Source: Candidatus Cloacimonadota bacterium | Lineage (GTDB): Bacteria > Cloacimonadota > Cloacimonadia > G963667145 | Assembly (NCBI GenBank): GCA_963676615.1 | Contig: OY781092.1 | Span: 1,120,001-1,184,000 of the forward strand | DNA: 64,000 nucleotides | Direction of reading: 5' to 3' | In this document: in pieces, positions 19,101 through 27,629 of the stretch | Position numbering within the stretch: position 1 is the stretch's first letter | Layout of the letters: each line of letters opens with the position of its first letter | Made by a program: the position numbers and the translations under genes | The notes under the pieces: model-generated | Told to the model about the DNA's origin: nothing | What the model saw: the letters and a program-made list of their open reading frames with translations, nothing else | Databases searched by the model: none

Positions 19101-21459
19101 TTTTTACCGCTATGTGCTCGATTTTCGTCCCGAAATCTTCGATTGGGAAGTCGAGAGTTTCGACCCGCTGGTCAGGACATTTTTTGTCTATCTAATCGCC
19201 ACTGAACAGTCCAACGAGCTGGAGCAAAAGCTGGAGCAAAATTCGCACCTCTATTTCAAGAGCGAAGACCACTACGAGCACTACTACAGCCTTTTGGGCA
19301 GCATCGCCTATCACAAACAAAAATACGATTTAGCCATCAAGCATTTCGAGCACGCCATCAACCTCGTCAAAACCACGCACAACTACGCCCTTGCCATTTT
19401 GCTCTACAAGCTTTGCAAAGTTTACACCGCAAAAAAAGCTTTTGAAAACGCAAAAGTCGTCTGCGGACAACTCAGCGATTTATGCGAAAAATACAAATTC
19501 GGCTACTGGCAATCGCACGCAAATCTGGAAAAGCTAAAAATCGAGCTGTTCAGCGGAAAAATCGGCTATCGACGAGCTTTCGAAAAAGCAAAAAAGGCGC
19601 TGAACTTTTGCAAAGAAAAAAACTACTTTGTGCAAATTTTGGACTACTACGGCATCATCATCCAGATTTTGGACTTCTACAAACTCTCTGGCAAAGCCGA
19701 AAGCTACTTTACGCTCTACAAAGACAAAATTGACGAAATCTGCCAAGGATTGCCCCAAGATGTCGAAAAACGAGTCAAAAAGCGCTATCACTACAACAAT
19801 AAAGATTTTTCCAAGCTGCTAAAGTTCAAACTCCCTGCTCAAAAACAGATAAAAATCGCCGACGAGCAAAAAAACTTCCTCAAAATTTTGGAAATTCGCG
19901 ACATCGAGCGCATCAAATTCTTTATCTGGCAGATGGTTAACAAATTTTTTGCTCCTTCTGGATTTTTGGTGCTGGTCGATGGACAAGAGTTCTGCAATCA
20001 GAACATTCCGCCAGAGCAAGTGAAAATTTACCAAGAAAATTTCTACCTGCAAAAAACGAGCAATTTTGGCAAAAACTCCCTTGCTGCGCCGCTGCAAATC
20101 GACAGAGTCGATCGCGGACTGATTGTCCTTGTCAACGACAGCGAAATTCCCTACAAGATAAAGGAGAAAAACCTTTTCCACAAACTGCTTCCCTACCTTT
20201 CGTATGTGATTTTTCAAATTGTGAATGTCGACAAAATCCAGACGCAAAAAAAGTTGCTGCAAAAGATGATGAACCTGAATATTTTGGACTGTATAGACAC
20301 CAAGCAAATTATGGCGAATGTGCTGACTTTTCTCATCGAAATCACCGACGCCAAACGCGGATTTTGGATCGAAAAAGATTACCTGAACAGCGCATCAGGA
20401 GCGAATCTCTGGCGAATCGGGATAGATAATCAGGGCAGCTATATTTTGGCGCAAAATTTCGTCTCCAACTACCTCATCGACTCGTTTGAAAAGCAAAAAA
20501 ACTTCTTCAAAATCTCCTCCAGTTTGGTTTCCGACAAAAGTTTTGTGCAAACTTTGCAAAGGTTTTCCATCAAAGATTTCGAAATAATGCTCTTCCCCAT
20601 TATTTTGGACAACAAAATCGACTCGTTTTTGTATTTGGACACTTTTGACGACAACAAAAAACCAGCCAAAATGCTTATCAACAAAGAATTTATGCACTCG
20701 TTTACCGACTATATCGACAAAATGTTGCAAACTTTCAAGCTCAACCAAAAGTTGAAGGTGCAGCTGGAAAAACAGCAAAAAGTTATTCAGACCAAATCAG
20801 CTGCCATCAAAATAATCGACGAAAATTTTTTGCAGCCCATAAAAGATATAAAAAAGGAGCTGCAAGATTCGCCAGCAGAAATCGACAAAGCGGTTTGCGA
20901 GCTTTCGTTTCTTGAGCATTCTATCGCCTCGGCGTTTTTCTTTAACAATCCAAACTCGCTAAAATACTCTAGCCCACTAAGTTACAGCCTGCGCGACCTC
21001 AGCCAAGAGGTCCTTGACAACTACCAACTTCTGACCAAAAAGCTGAAAATCAAATTTTCGGTAGAGTTCGACAAGCTAAAAGTCAACAAAAAAACTTTTT
21101 TGCTGGTTTTGGACAACATTATCCTCAACGCCTTGCAAAATGCGCAAACTTATCTGGAGATTGGCTCGCGAATGTCCAAATTCGACAACGAGCGCGTGGA
21201 TAATCAAGACAGCTTGGTGATTTTTGTGCGGAACGACGGGCAAATTCCCGACAAAGAGGAGCTCAGAAATTCGTTGCAAAATCCATTCTCGCAAGATTCA
21301 AGACAGTCGGCGCATCAACAAAGTTCGCAAAATTTGGGCATCGGGCTAAATTTTTCGCGGTCGATTATCGACAAAATGAACGGCAAAATCTGGCTCTATG
21401 TGCGTGAAAAACATACAACTTGCTACATCGCACTGCCGCTGCCAAAAATAGTAAAATAA
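16171..21459 (+). CDS. Giant multidomain signalling protein: Ser/Thr kinase-fold (degenerate), STAND-like P-loop NTPase, TPR repeats, GAF-like region, HATPase_c (degenerate His kinase)
   Basis: Probable start ATG 16171 (MIIGNRYEVVEKI). YLAPE and SDLYSLG, Walker A GDSGVGKS, STGNPKF, TPR-like repeats, C-terminal LDNIILNA and LGIGLNFSRSIIDKMNGKIW. Confidence 0.85.
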   Translation: MIIGNRYEVVEKIHKGSWATIYKVKDVRDEKFYVLKLFSKLSSHEFYSRFSPEELTRLTGIKHHNLVRTYDFGFFGKSIYSISAYYDLPSLEKFLFAKIEDIYTIIKGLCLGLEALHKENILHQNLRLENILYDPKTLEVKILECNFVDNERSKQEIIVDYLPYLAPEVYEGGQAVVPSDLYSLGIVLYYITCGRFPFSIHQIQNLQNHENYYPTPPSKINPQVPAALDTLILRLLSRFPQERFQNTNQILQYLNSYSGKKKIILTQADKSVPLAFGKTTIHRKLLEQLLANLRTVHQQKNGKILHIIGDSGVGKSSLLKQFRYSIFSDSFAIFSYKCSQDNIDPLFTIAKETMSKESLDKVTKEFSQISEKYRKFLIHSEKEALAIPDTEEKVQMDTEFIKKTIFAAAEEKTLVIIIENADYLHEKTTKALDIISKSINSHPVFIVITGEKHDAFDSVVYKNKKFIPNLNRAETKNFILSVTKGLHIHENIINLVVEKSTGNPKFIKKILLQLYKDNLLGKEKIPANYRLPLAINSNIKQTILESLRHLPDYPLIKKLAFFLLPISSQSMQKILEISQKKSCFLLSELINAHIIHHEQEVYKFNSAQIKQSLQQELTLPEKKSLIKCAFSHYQDQPIADLATAEGLLDYALIIKDFEKIRKYNLLCAKLHLQNFQHQEAYNHYFQVGKLHALGYLPAKFRSQDLQELTLNSKLHTLKSLQLLSQFPEKENEKLRAILLQDARKTDLAEKLFDQLQLGTSKIDDIIRMRKIRNKLILHKLDQAEILLENYTPKSQKDEVYKIIMQAELLLKQKKPAAAALMLKEFIKSNEFEKISDEYILAKLYHVLGNSLHIRRNLEEGEKFYLKAQNILKKNNFLVGLCSNYNDLGGLYLTGGDIGKALKYLRKAQKISQNYPSGKLRVAYTYGKAYLKLGKFKKAIEYFEIAKKVCHETENQKRFKMCQMHISSCLMKYKGYGDFYRYVLDFRPEIFDWEVESFDPLVRTFFVYLIATEQSNELEQKLEQNSHLYFKSEDHYEHYYSLLGSIAYHKQKYDLAIKHFEHAINLVKTTHNYALAILLYKLCKVYTAKKAFENAKVVCGQLSDLCEKYKFGYWQSHANLEKLKIELFSGKIGYRRAFEKAKKALNFCKEKNYFVQILDYYGIIIQILDFYKLSGKAESYFTLYKDKIDEICQGLPQDVEKRVKKRYHYNNKDFSKLLKFKLPAQKQIKIADEQKNFLKILEIRDIERIKFFIWQMVNKFFAPSGFLVLVDGQEFCNQNIPPEQVKIYQENFYLQKTSNFGKNSLAAPLQIDRVDRGLIVLVNDSEIPYKIKEKNLFHKLLPYLSYVIFQIVNVDKIQTQKKLLQKMMNLNILDCIDTKQIMANVLTFLIEITDAKRGFWIEKDYLNSASGANLWRIGIDNQGSYILAQNFVSNYLIDSFEKQKNFFKISSSLVSDKSFVQTLQRFSIKDFEIMLFPIILDNKIDSFLYLDTFDDNKKPAKMLINKEFMHSFTDYIDKMLQTFKLNQKLKVQLEKQQKVIQTKSAAIKIIDENFLQPIKDIKKELQDSPAEIDKAVCELSFLEHSIASAFFFNNPNSLKYSSPLSYSLRDLSQEVLDNYQLLTKKLKIKFSVEFDKLKVNKKTFLLVLDNIILNALQNAQTYLEIGSRMSKFDNERVDNQDSLVIFVRNDGQIPDKEELRNSLQNPFSQDSRQSAHQQSSQNLGIGLNFSRSIIDKMNGKIWLYVREKHTTCYIALPLPKIVK

Positions 21460-21469
21460 GGAGATTTTT

Positions 21470-21610
21470 ATGAAACTCGGAGCTTTTATTTTAATCGTCA
21501 TCGGTTGTTTTTTCTTTTTGACCAATTTCATCAACATCCGCATAAACTGGAACTACATCTGGCCGCTGATTTTGGTGGCTGTAGGCATCAGTATGCTTCG
21601 CTCGAAATGA
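21470..21610 (+). CDS. Small two-TM membrane protein, LiaF/LiaI-TM (DUF5668)-like, 46 aa (not in ORF track)
   Basis: AAGGAG RBS. MKLGAFILIVIGCFFFLTNFINIRINWNYIWPLILVAVGISMLRSK*. Its stop overlaps the tsaD start (ATGA). Confidence 0.8.
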   Translation: MKLGAFILIVIGCFFFLTNFINIRINWNYIWPLILVAVGISMLRSK

Positions 21611-22602
21611 AAAAAGAGCTCATTCTCAGCTTTGAATCGTCCTGCGACGATACAGGCGTTGCGGTGATCGACACGGAGTATAATGTCCTATCGAATGTCG
21701 TCTCCAGCCAATTTGTGCATCAAAAATACGGCGGAGTTGTGCCGGAGTTAGCCAGCCGAGACCACCTGAAAAACATTACCCGTGTCTGCGAGCAAGCGCT
21801 GAGCCAGGCGAATATTTCTGCCAAAGATGTGGATGCGATAGCCGTTTCGGTGAATCCTGGGCTAATCGGCGCTTTACTGGTTGGCGTCAGCTTTGCCAAA
21901 GCTCTGGCCTACGCCGAAAACAAGCCGCTGATCGCCGTCAATCACCTGCTGGGACACATCGCCGCCATCAGGCTCGACTATCCAGATTTAGCGCCACCAT
22001 ACCTTGCCCTAATCGTCAGCGGCGGACACACACAGCTAGCGCATTTCACCAGCTTTGGCGAGTTTGAAATCCTCGGCGGCACAGTGGACGACGCCGCAGG
22101 CGAAGCTTTCGACAAAACCGCAAAAATCCTAGACTTGGGCTATCCCGGCGGAAAAATCATCGACGATTTAGCCAAAAAAGGCGACCCGAAATTTGTCCAT
22201 TTCACCAGAGCGTTAAACAAAAAAAACAACTTCAACTTCAGCTTTTCTGGGCTCAAAACCGCCATAATGAACTATGTTGAGCAGGCAGAGCCCGCTTTTG
22301 TCGAAGAGCACAAAGCCGACATAGCCGCCAGCGTGCAAGAGAGCATCGTCGATAGCCTGCACAGCAAAACCATCGCTTGCGCCAGAGCCCACAATATCGA
22401 CAAAATCGTCGTTGCAGGCGGAGTCTCCGCCAACTCCAGATTGCGCGCCAAATTCGCAGGGCAAGCCTACTTCCCCAGCTTCCGCTTTTGCACAGATAAC
22501 GCCGCAATGATTGGCGCTGCAGCGGTCGAACTTTATCGCAAAAAAGAGTTTGCCAGCCTAGAGCTGAACGCCTTTTCCACAAAAGGCATCCGCAACATCT
22601 AA
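21607..22602 (+). CDS. tsaD: tRNA N6-threonylcarbamoyltransferase TsaD
   Basis: ESSCDDT, GGVVPELASRDH, VNHLLGH, SGGHT, DDAAGEAFDK, FSFSGLKTA, GGVSAN, CTDNAAMI. Confidence 0.97.
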   Translation: MKKELILSFESSCDDTGVAVIDTEYNVLSNVVSSQFVHQKYGGVVPELASRDHLKNITRVCEQALSQANISAKDVDAIAVSVNPGLIGALLVGVSFAKALAYAENKPLIAVNHLLGHIAAIRLDYPDLAPPYLALIVSGGHTQLAHFTSFGEFEILGGTVDDAAGEAFDKTAKILDLGYPGGKIIDDLAKKGDPKFVHFTRALNKKNNFNFSFSGLKTAIMNYVEQAEPAFVEEHKADIAASVQESIVDSLHSKTIACARAHNIDKIVVAGGVSANSRLRAKFAGQAYFPSFRFCTDNAAMIGAAAVELYRKKEFASLELNAFSTKGIRNI

Positions 22603-22695
22603 CAAACGCAAAAACAAAGAGTCCGCCAATTTACTTGACACGAAAAAACTGTATGAACTTTTAACACCGAACGATTAAAAAATTTGGAGGATAAA

Positions 22696-22866
22696 ATGGC
22701 TGTAAAAATTGATGAAAGTAAATGCGTTGGCTGTTCTGCATGCGTTGGAACTTGCCCAGTGGAAGCCCTTGAGATGGCTGGCGACAAAGCTAAAGTCAAA
22801 GAAGATGTTTGCATCGACTGCGGTGCTTGCGTTGGCTCTTGCCCAACAGAAGCTATCTCTGCATAA
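22696..22866 (+). CDS. 2[4Fe-4S] ferredoxin
   Basis: Two CxxCxxCxxxCP motifs. GGAGG RBS. Confidence 0.95.
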   Translation: MAVKIDESKCVGCSACVGTCPVEALEMAGDKAKVKEDVCIDCGACVGSCPTEAISA

Positions 22867-22882
22867 TTTAGTTTTTAAAAAG

Positions 22883-22917
22883 AAAAGCAACTTCTTAAAA
22901 TAAGAGGTTGCTTTTTT
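22883..22917. terminator. Bidirectional intrinsic terminator
   Basis: AAAAGCAACTTCTT-AAAAT-AAGAGGTTGCTTTTTT between convergent genes. Confidence 0.8.
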
Positions 22918-22932
22918 CTGTGCAAAATTTTT

Positions 22933-23106
22933 CTACTTTTTGCGATACAACAAACTCGCTGGAATCAGCCCCAAATAGGTCACGACCAAAATCAAAGTCG
23001 AGAGCGAAACAAACTCCAGCATCATAAATCCATAGCCTAGCAACAAGCACAGCACGCTCAATCCTAGCAAAATCCAGTTAGTTTTTCCAAAATAAAAATT
23101 TTTCAT
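22933..23106 (-). CDS. Small membrane protein, DUF3098-like, 57 aa (not in ORF track)
   Basis: MKNFYFGKTNWILLGLSVLCLLLGYGFMMLEFVSLSTLILVVTYLGLIPASLLYRKK*. Two TM segments. Confidence 0.75.
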   Translation of the reverse strand: MKNFYFGKTNWILLGLSVLCLLLGYGFMMLEFVSLSTLILVVTYLGLIPASLLYRKK

Positions 23107-23114
23107 ACTACTTC

Positions 23115-24068
23115 TTATCTCCTGTTTGCAAAATTTTCAATTGCTCCTGCTGCCTCTTGGGCTAGCGCTCCTTTATCTTTCGAGACAACCATTTCAAAAT
23201 AATTCTTCGCCTGCTGGGGCAGCCCCTGTTTTTGATAGACATAGCCAAGATGCAACAAAATCTCGGGGTCGTCCAACTTGCTATCGTCCGCAAGGCTCTT
23301 TTTGGCAATCTCAAAAGCCTTTTGTTGCTTGTCCCACTTGTAATAGAGCCACATCATCGAATCCCAATAGTAAACATTTTTCGGTTCTTTCGCCAGCGAC
23401 TTTTTCAGTAGCGACTCCGCAAACGGATAAAACTCCCGCTTTTGGTTCATCACAATCGAATACGCATACCAGTTGGCAAACTTCGCATCGTCGGGATATT
23501 CCTGATTTGCCAGCTGTGCCACCGCCAGCTCCTGCTCATAGAGACCCGCCTTATGCAAAGTGAAAAGCAAAAAACTCAAAAACGGCTTCGACCTATTTTT
23601 GTTATTCTCCACCTCTTTTATCAAATAATGCGAGGCAGTTCGATAATTTCCGTCCAAAAAGTTAAAAATTCCCGACAAAAAATCGAGTGAGCTATTTTTG
23701 TCCAAATCCAAAAAGTAGCTGCTGCGTAGCCGATTCCAGTTTTGCAAATACTCCCTATCGGAATAGATTATGCGGTAAATCACCAAAGTCAGCTTTTCGT
23801 TTATCAGCTGGTTTTCGCCATCAAAAAAACTGGCGTTCAGATAATATTCGTAGGCGTCTTTGTATCGTTTTTCGTAATAAGCGTATTCGCCCAAACCAAA
23901 ATAGTATTCCGCTGTGGGTGCGGCGCCGCCCGATTCTGCGTCCACACTTCTACTAATGGCGGACGAAAGCTCGATTTTATTCGGCGAGATAACCGTTTTG
24001 GGAGTTTGCGCGCAACCAAAAAAAATCGCCACTACGCCCAAAGAAAGAAACAGCTTGCGAAATTGCAT
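23115..24068 (-). CDS. TPR-repeat lipoprotein
   Basis: Lipobox FFGC. TPR-like segments (NWYAYS, EPKNVYYWDSMMWLYYK, EILLHLGYVY). Confidence 0.75.
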   Translation of the reverse strand: MQFRKLFLSLGVVAIFFGCAQTPKTVISPNKIELSSAISRSVDAESGGAAPTAEYYFGLGEYAYYEKRYKDAYEYYLNASFFDGENQLINEKLTLVIYRIIYSDREYLQNWNRLRSSYFLDLDKNSSLDFLSGIFNFLDGNYRTASHYLIKEVENNKNRSKPFLSFLLFTLHKAGLYEQELAVAQLANQEYPDDAKFANWYAYSIVMNQKREFYPFAESLLKKSLAKEPKNVYYWDSMMWLYYKWDKQQKAFEIAKKSLADDSKLDDPEILLHLGYVYQKQGLPQQAKNYFEMVVSKDKGALAQEAAGAIENFANRR

Positions 24069-24071
24069 CTC

Positions 24072-24851
24072 TTATTTGTAATCGATAGAGTAAGTTAGCA
24101 AAATCTCGCGATTCACTTCTGGGTCTTTCTCGTCATCAAATTTCGGAGCGTTGCACAAAATGTCGTTAAAGTTGAGCTGCAAACCCAAATTCGGCGTAAT
24201 CTCCAGCAGCAAACCAGCGTTCAAATATCCTTTGCCTTTGCCCAAAAGGTCTTTCTTCTGAGCGTCTTTGGACTTTTCGCTATCGTAGTCGTTCAAGCCG
24301 ACGCTGTAATCCGCCAAAAGAGTCAGCCGATTGCCAATCGATTTATCGAACCCAAAAAATATGTCCATATGTTCGTCTTCTTCGTTCTCCAGCGAATAGT
24401 TCGTTCCAGCCGTCAATCCTAAATTTCCCAGAAACAGATAATTTTTGCTCAACGCAAGATAAAACCCTTTGGATTTATAATCGTATCGCTTATATTTTTT
24501 CCAATATTTGCCCGCGCCTTGATTTGTGTAGCCGATTACCACCGCTGGATTTTTTTGCGTCTCGTCCAAAATTCGATATTTGAGTATAAATCCGACGATA
24601 TCTTGCCACTCTGGCTCTTGATCGCCAACGACATGCTCGCCCGAAAAACTGACGCCAAACATAAAATATTTCACCAAACCGACATTGGCGCCGACCAACA
24701 TTCCGTCGTTTTTAAAAAGCTTGGTCACCATATCCGCTTGCCCCATCTGCAACATTCCGGCAGTCGGGATTCCAGCCAAATTTCTAATCTCCCTTGCGCT
24801 CAGACTCACGCCAAAAACGCAAAAAATAAGAAACAAAATTCTCTTCTTCAT
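24072..24851 (-). CDS. Outer-membrane beta-barrel protein, YjbH-like
   Basis: Signal peptide, IPTAGML, KYRILDE..PAVVIG, alternating beta-strand pattern. Confidence 0.55.
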   Translation of the reverse strand: MKKRILFLIFCVFGVSLSAREIRNLAGIPTAGMLQMGQADMVTKLFKNDGMLVGANVGLVKYFMFGVSFSGEHVVGDQEPEWQDIVGFILKYRILDETQKNPAVVIGYTNQGAGKYWKKYKRYDYKSKGFYLALSKNYLFLGNLGLTAGTNYSLENEEDEHMDIFFGFDKSIGNRLTLLADYSVGLNDYDSEKSKDAQKKDLLGKGKGYLNAGLLLEITPNLGLQLNFNDILCNAPKFDDEKDPEVNREILLTYSIDYK

Positions 24852-24887
24852 TATTCAAACACCCTTTTTGTTTAAACTTTTCAAATC

Positions 24888-25808
24888 CTAAAATAACCAC
24901 GGCCGCTCAATTTGCAAACGGCTCAATATTGTAGGCAAATTGTCGCTCCCAGCCGATAGTGTCAAATCAAACTTGATTTTTCTATACCAAGTCAGCTGCC
25001 TTTTGGCAAAATTCCGCGAGTCCTGTTTGGCTTTTTCTAGGCACTCTGTCAGGCTCTTCTCTTTTTGGAAAAACGGCTGAAACTCCTTGTATCCCACAGT
25101 GTTCAGCCCAGGATCACTCCACTCATAACCGCTGGCAAGCAGTTCCTGAATCTCCTGCAAAAGCCCATCTGCAATCATCTTGTCCAACCGAAGATTTATC
25201 CGCTCATACAACTCCTGCCGTTCTCGCAAAAGCAGTACCGAAAACGCATCGTAGCTTCCAACCGCCTGCTCTTGCTGCCAAAAAGACGAAAGCGGCTTCC
25301 CAGAGCTCAAATAGACAAGCAGCCCTCGCTCAATTCGGGCGCTATCGTTCGGATGCAACTTTTCCGCCAAAACTGGGTCAACCTCCTGCAATTTCGCATA
25401 GCGATTTTTGACAAGAGCAAGCTCCCTTCGGGCAGCGTCACTTACGGCAGGAATATTCGACAATCCGTCCAGCAGCGCTTTGCAATAAAAGCCAGTTCCG
25501 CCAACAATTATCGGGATTTGCGGCGACCTCTTGCTGATTATCTGCTGGGCACGCCTGACAAACTCCCCTGCGCTAAAAGCTTGCTTCGGATCAAGCTCGC
25601 CTATCAAAAAATGCTCCACCGCTTTTAGCTCCTCTGGCTTTGGTTTTGCCGTGCCAATCTCCAGCTGGCTATAAATTTGCCGAGAATCCGCCGAAATGAT
25701 GTAGCCGCCCAAACTGGCAGCGAGTTCCAGCGCCAAATCGCTCTTACCCACAGCCGTCGGACCCTGCAAAACCACTACAAATGGCGTGCTCGATTTATTC
25801 TGACTCAT
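24888..25808 (-). CDS. miaA: tRNA dimethylallyltransferase
   Basis: GPTAVGKS, ISADSRQIY, IGTAKP, VGGTGFY, VGYKE, FAKRQLTW. Confidence 0.97.
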   Translation of the reverse strand: MSQNKSSTPFVVVLQGPTAVGKSDLALELAASLGGYIISADSRQIYSQLEIGTAKPKPEELKAVEHFLIGELDPKQAFSAGEFVRRAQQIISKRSPQIPIIVGGTGFYCKALLDGLSNIPAVSDAARRELALVKNRYAKLQEVDPVLAEKLHPNDSARIERGLLVYLSSGKPLSSFWQQEQAVGSYDAFSVLLLRERQELYERINLRLDKMIADGLLQEIQELLASGYEWSDPGLNTVGYKEFQPFFQKEKSLTECLEKAKQDSRNFAKRQLTWYRKIKFDLTLSAGSDNLPTILSRLQIERPWLF

Positions 25809-25823
25809 CAAATCCCAGAAAAA

Positions 25824-27629
25824 TCAAGTCCGCTTAAACAACTTTTCCAGATCGGAAATCGGCATCTTGATAATCGTCGGTCTGCCGTGCGGACAAAAAT
25901 ACGGCACTTGCGTGGCGAACAAGTCGTTAATCAGGCTCAGCATCTGCGTTCTGGACATCTTTTGCCCAGCTTTAATCGCCGCTTTGCAAGCGATGCTCGC
26001 CGCCAAATTTTCCCGAAAACTGCTCTGCTTTTTGAGCCGATGCTCCAAATCTTCGAAAAAAGCGATGAAAAAATCGGCAGAGTTCCAGTCTTTCAGCTCT
26101 GCGGGCACCTCCTGCACCACCACAGAATTACCGCTGAACTCCTTGATGAAAATTCCCGCTTTGGCAAAAACTTCGCGATTTTCACGGACAGTCTCCTGCA
26201 CGCTCGCCGCCAGATAGCTGGGCAAATCGACCACAATCGGAAAAGCCAAATTTTGCGTGACCACAGCCGCGCCATTCAGCCGCTGCAAAACCTGCTCATA
26301 CAAAATCCGCTCGTGCGCAGCGTGCTGATCTATCGCCAAAAGTCCGTGTTCATCCTGAATGAAAATGTAGCTCTGATGCAGCTGCCAAGGGTTAATAATA
26401 CTCAGCTCCGAACTCACCTGCGTCGCCATCTGAAGCGGCTTTTGCGGCTGACTCTCGAAATCAGCATCAGATTTCTGCCCAAAAATATCCAGCTGCTCGG
26501 TCTGTTCTGCTGCAGCCGCTGGCGAGCCTCCCCTCTGCAACCGTTGATACATCTGCTTTTCTGGCTCTTTTAGAGGCGACAAATTTTCTGCCACCATCTC
26601 CTGCAAATCGGCAAATTTCTGCTTCTCCCAAGCCAAATACGCCAAATTCACCGCTCGGTTCACATTGCGATAAACCAGCGCCGTATCAACAAAACGCACC
26701 TCCTGTTTGGCTGGATGCACATTAAAATCGACCAACTTCGGCTCGATCTGCAAAAACAGCACAAAAGGCGGAACCTTGCCGCCAAACTTTTTAATAATCG
26801 GCTCATACCCTTTGGCAATCGCGTGATAAACCAGCGAATTTTTGATAAATCTGCCGTTGATAAAAATGTATTTCAGGTTCGGAAAAATCTCCATCGACTT
26901 CTCGAAATTGCCGATAAACCCTTTCACAGAAAGCGCCGACGACTCAAACGAATCCACCGGAATAAACTCCGCCTGCTCAAACTTGCTGCCAAAAATCAGC
27001 TTTATCCGCTTCGAAGCAGATTTCATCGCAGGATAATCGAAAACTTTGCGGTCGTTGTGATACAGCGTAAAATGAATCTGCGGATGCACAATCGCCTGAT
27101 AATGCAGATAGTTAAGAATGTGCCGATACTCAACTTGCGTCGATTTGAGGAACTTGCGTCGAGCGGGAATTTTTAGAAAAAGGCTCGAAACCTTAATCGT
27201 CGTCCCCGTATTCCCGCTGCATTTTTCCACAGCTTTCAAAGTTCCGAAATTGAAAATAATCTTGTTGGCTATCGACTCATCCTCGGTCTTGCTGATCATC
27301 TCAACCCGCGCCACAGAAGCGATACTCGGCAAAGCTTCGCCACGAAAGCCCAAAGTTTGCACGCGAAAAATGTCCTCTTCCGTCGCAATTTTGCTGGTTG
27401 CGTGCCGTTCATACGCCAAAAGCAAATCTTGAGCGTTCATCCCGCAGCCATTGTCCCGCACAGTAATCCCGCGTTTGCCGCCCATCAAAACACGCACCTC
27501 GACCTCACTAGCGCCCGCATCGATCGAATTTTCCACCAGCTCCTTGACAATCGAATACGGCCGCTCAATCACCTCACCAGCGGCGATTTTGTTCGACACT
27601 TGCTCCGACAAAACTTTTATCTTGCTCAT
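25824..27629 (-). CDS. mutL: DNA mismatch repair protein MutL
   Basis: IAAGEVIERP, KELVENSIDA, GFRGEAL, DFNVHPAK, endonuclease motif DQHAAHER, ACKAA, CPHGRP. Confidence 0.98.
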   Translation of the reverse strand: MSKIKVLSEQVSNKIAAGEVIERPYSIVKELVENSIDAGASEVEVRVLMGGKRGITVRDNGCGMNAQDLLLAYERHATSKIATEEDIFRVQTLGFRGEALPSIASVARVEMISKTEDESIANKIIFNFGTLKAVEKCSGNTGTTIKVSSLFLKIPARRKFLKSTQVEYRHILNYLHYQAIVHPQIHFTLYHNDRKVFDYPAMKSASKRIKLIFGSKFEQAEFIPVDSFESSALSVKGFIGNFEKSMEIFPNLKYIFINGRFIKNSLVYHAIAKGYEPIIKKFGGKVPPFVLFLQIEPKLVDFNVHPAKQEVRFVDTALVYRNVNRAVNLAYLAWEKQKFADLQEMVAENLSPLKEPEKQMYQRLQRGGSPAAAAEQTEQLDIFGQKSDADFESQPQKPLQMATQVSSELSIINPWQLHQSYIFIQDEHGLLAIDQHAAHERILYEQVLQRLNGAAVVTQNLAFPIVVDLPSYLAASVQETVRENREVFAKAGIFIKEFSGNSVVVQEVPAELKDWNSADFFIAFFEDLEHRLKKQSSFRENLAASIACKAAIKAGQKMSRTQMLSLINDLFATQVPYFCPHGRPTIIKMPISDLEKLFKRT

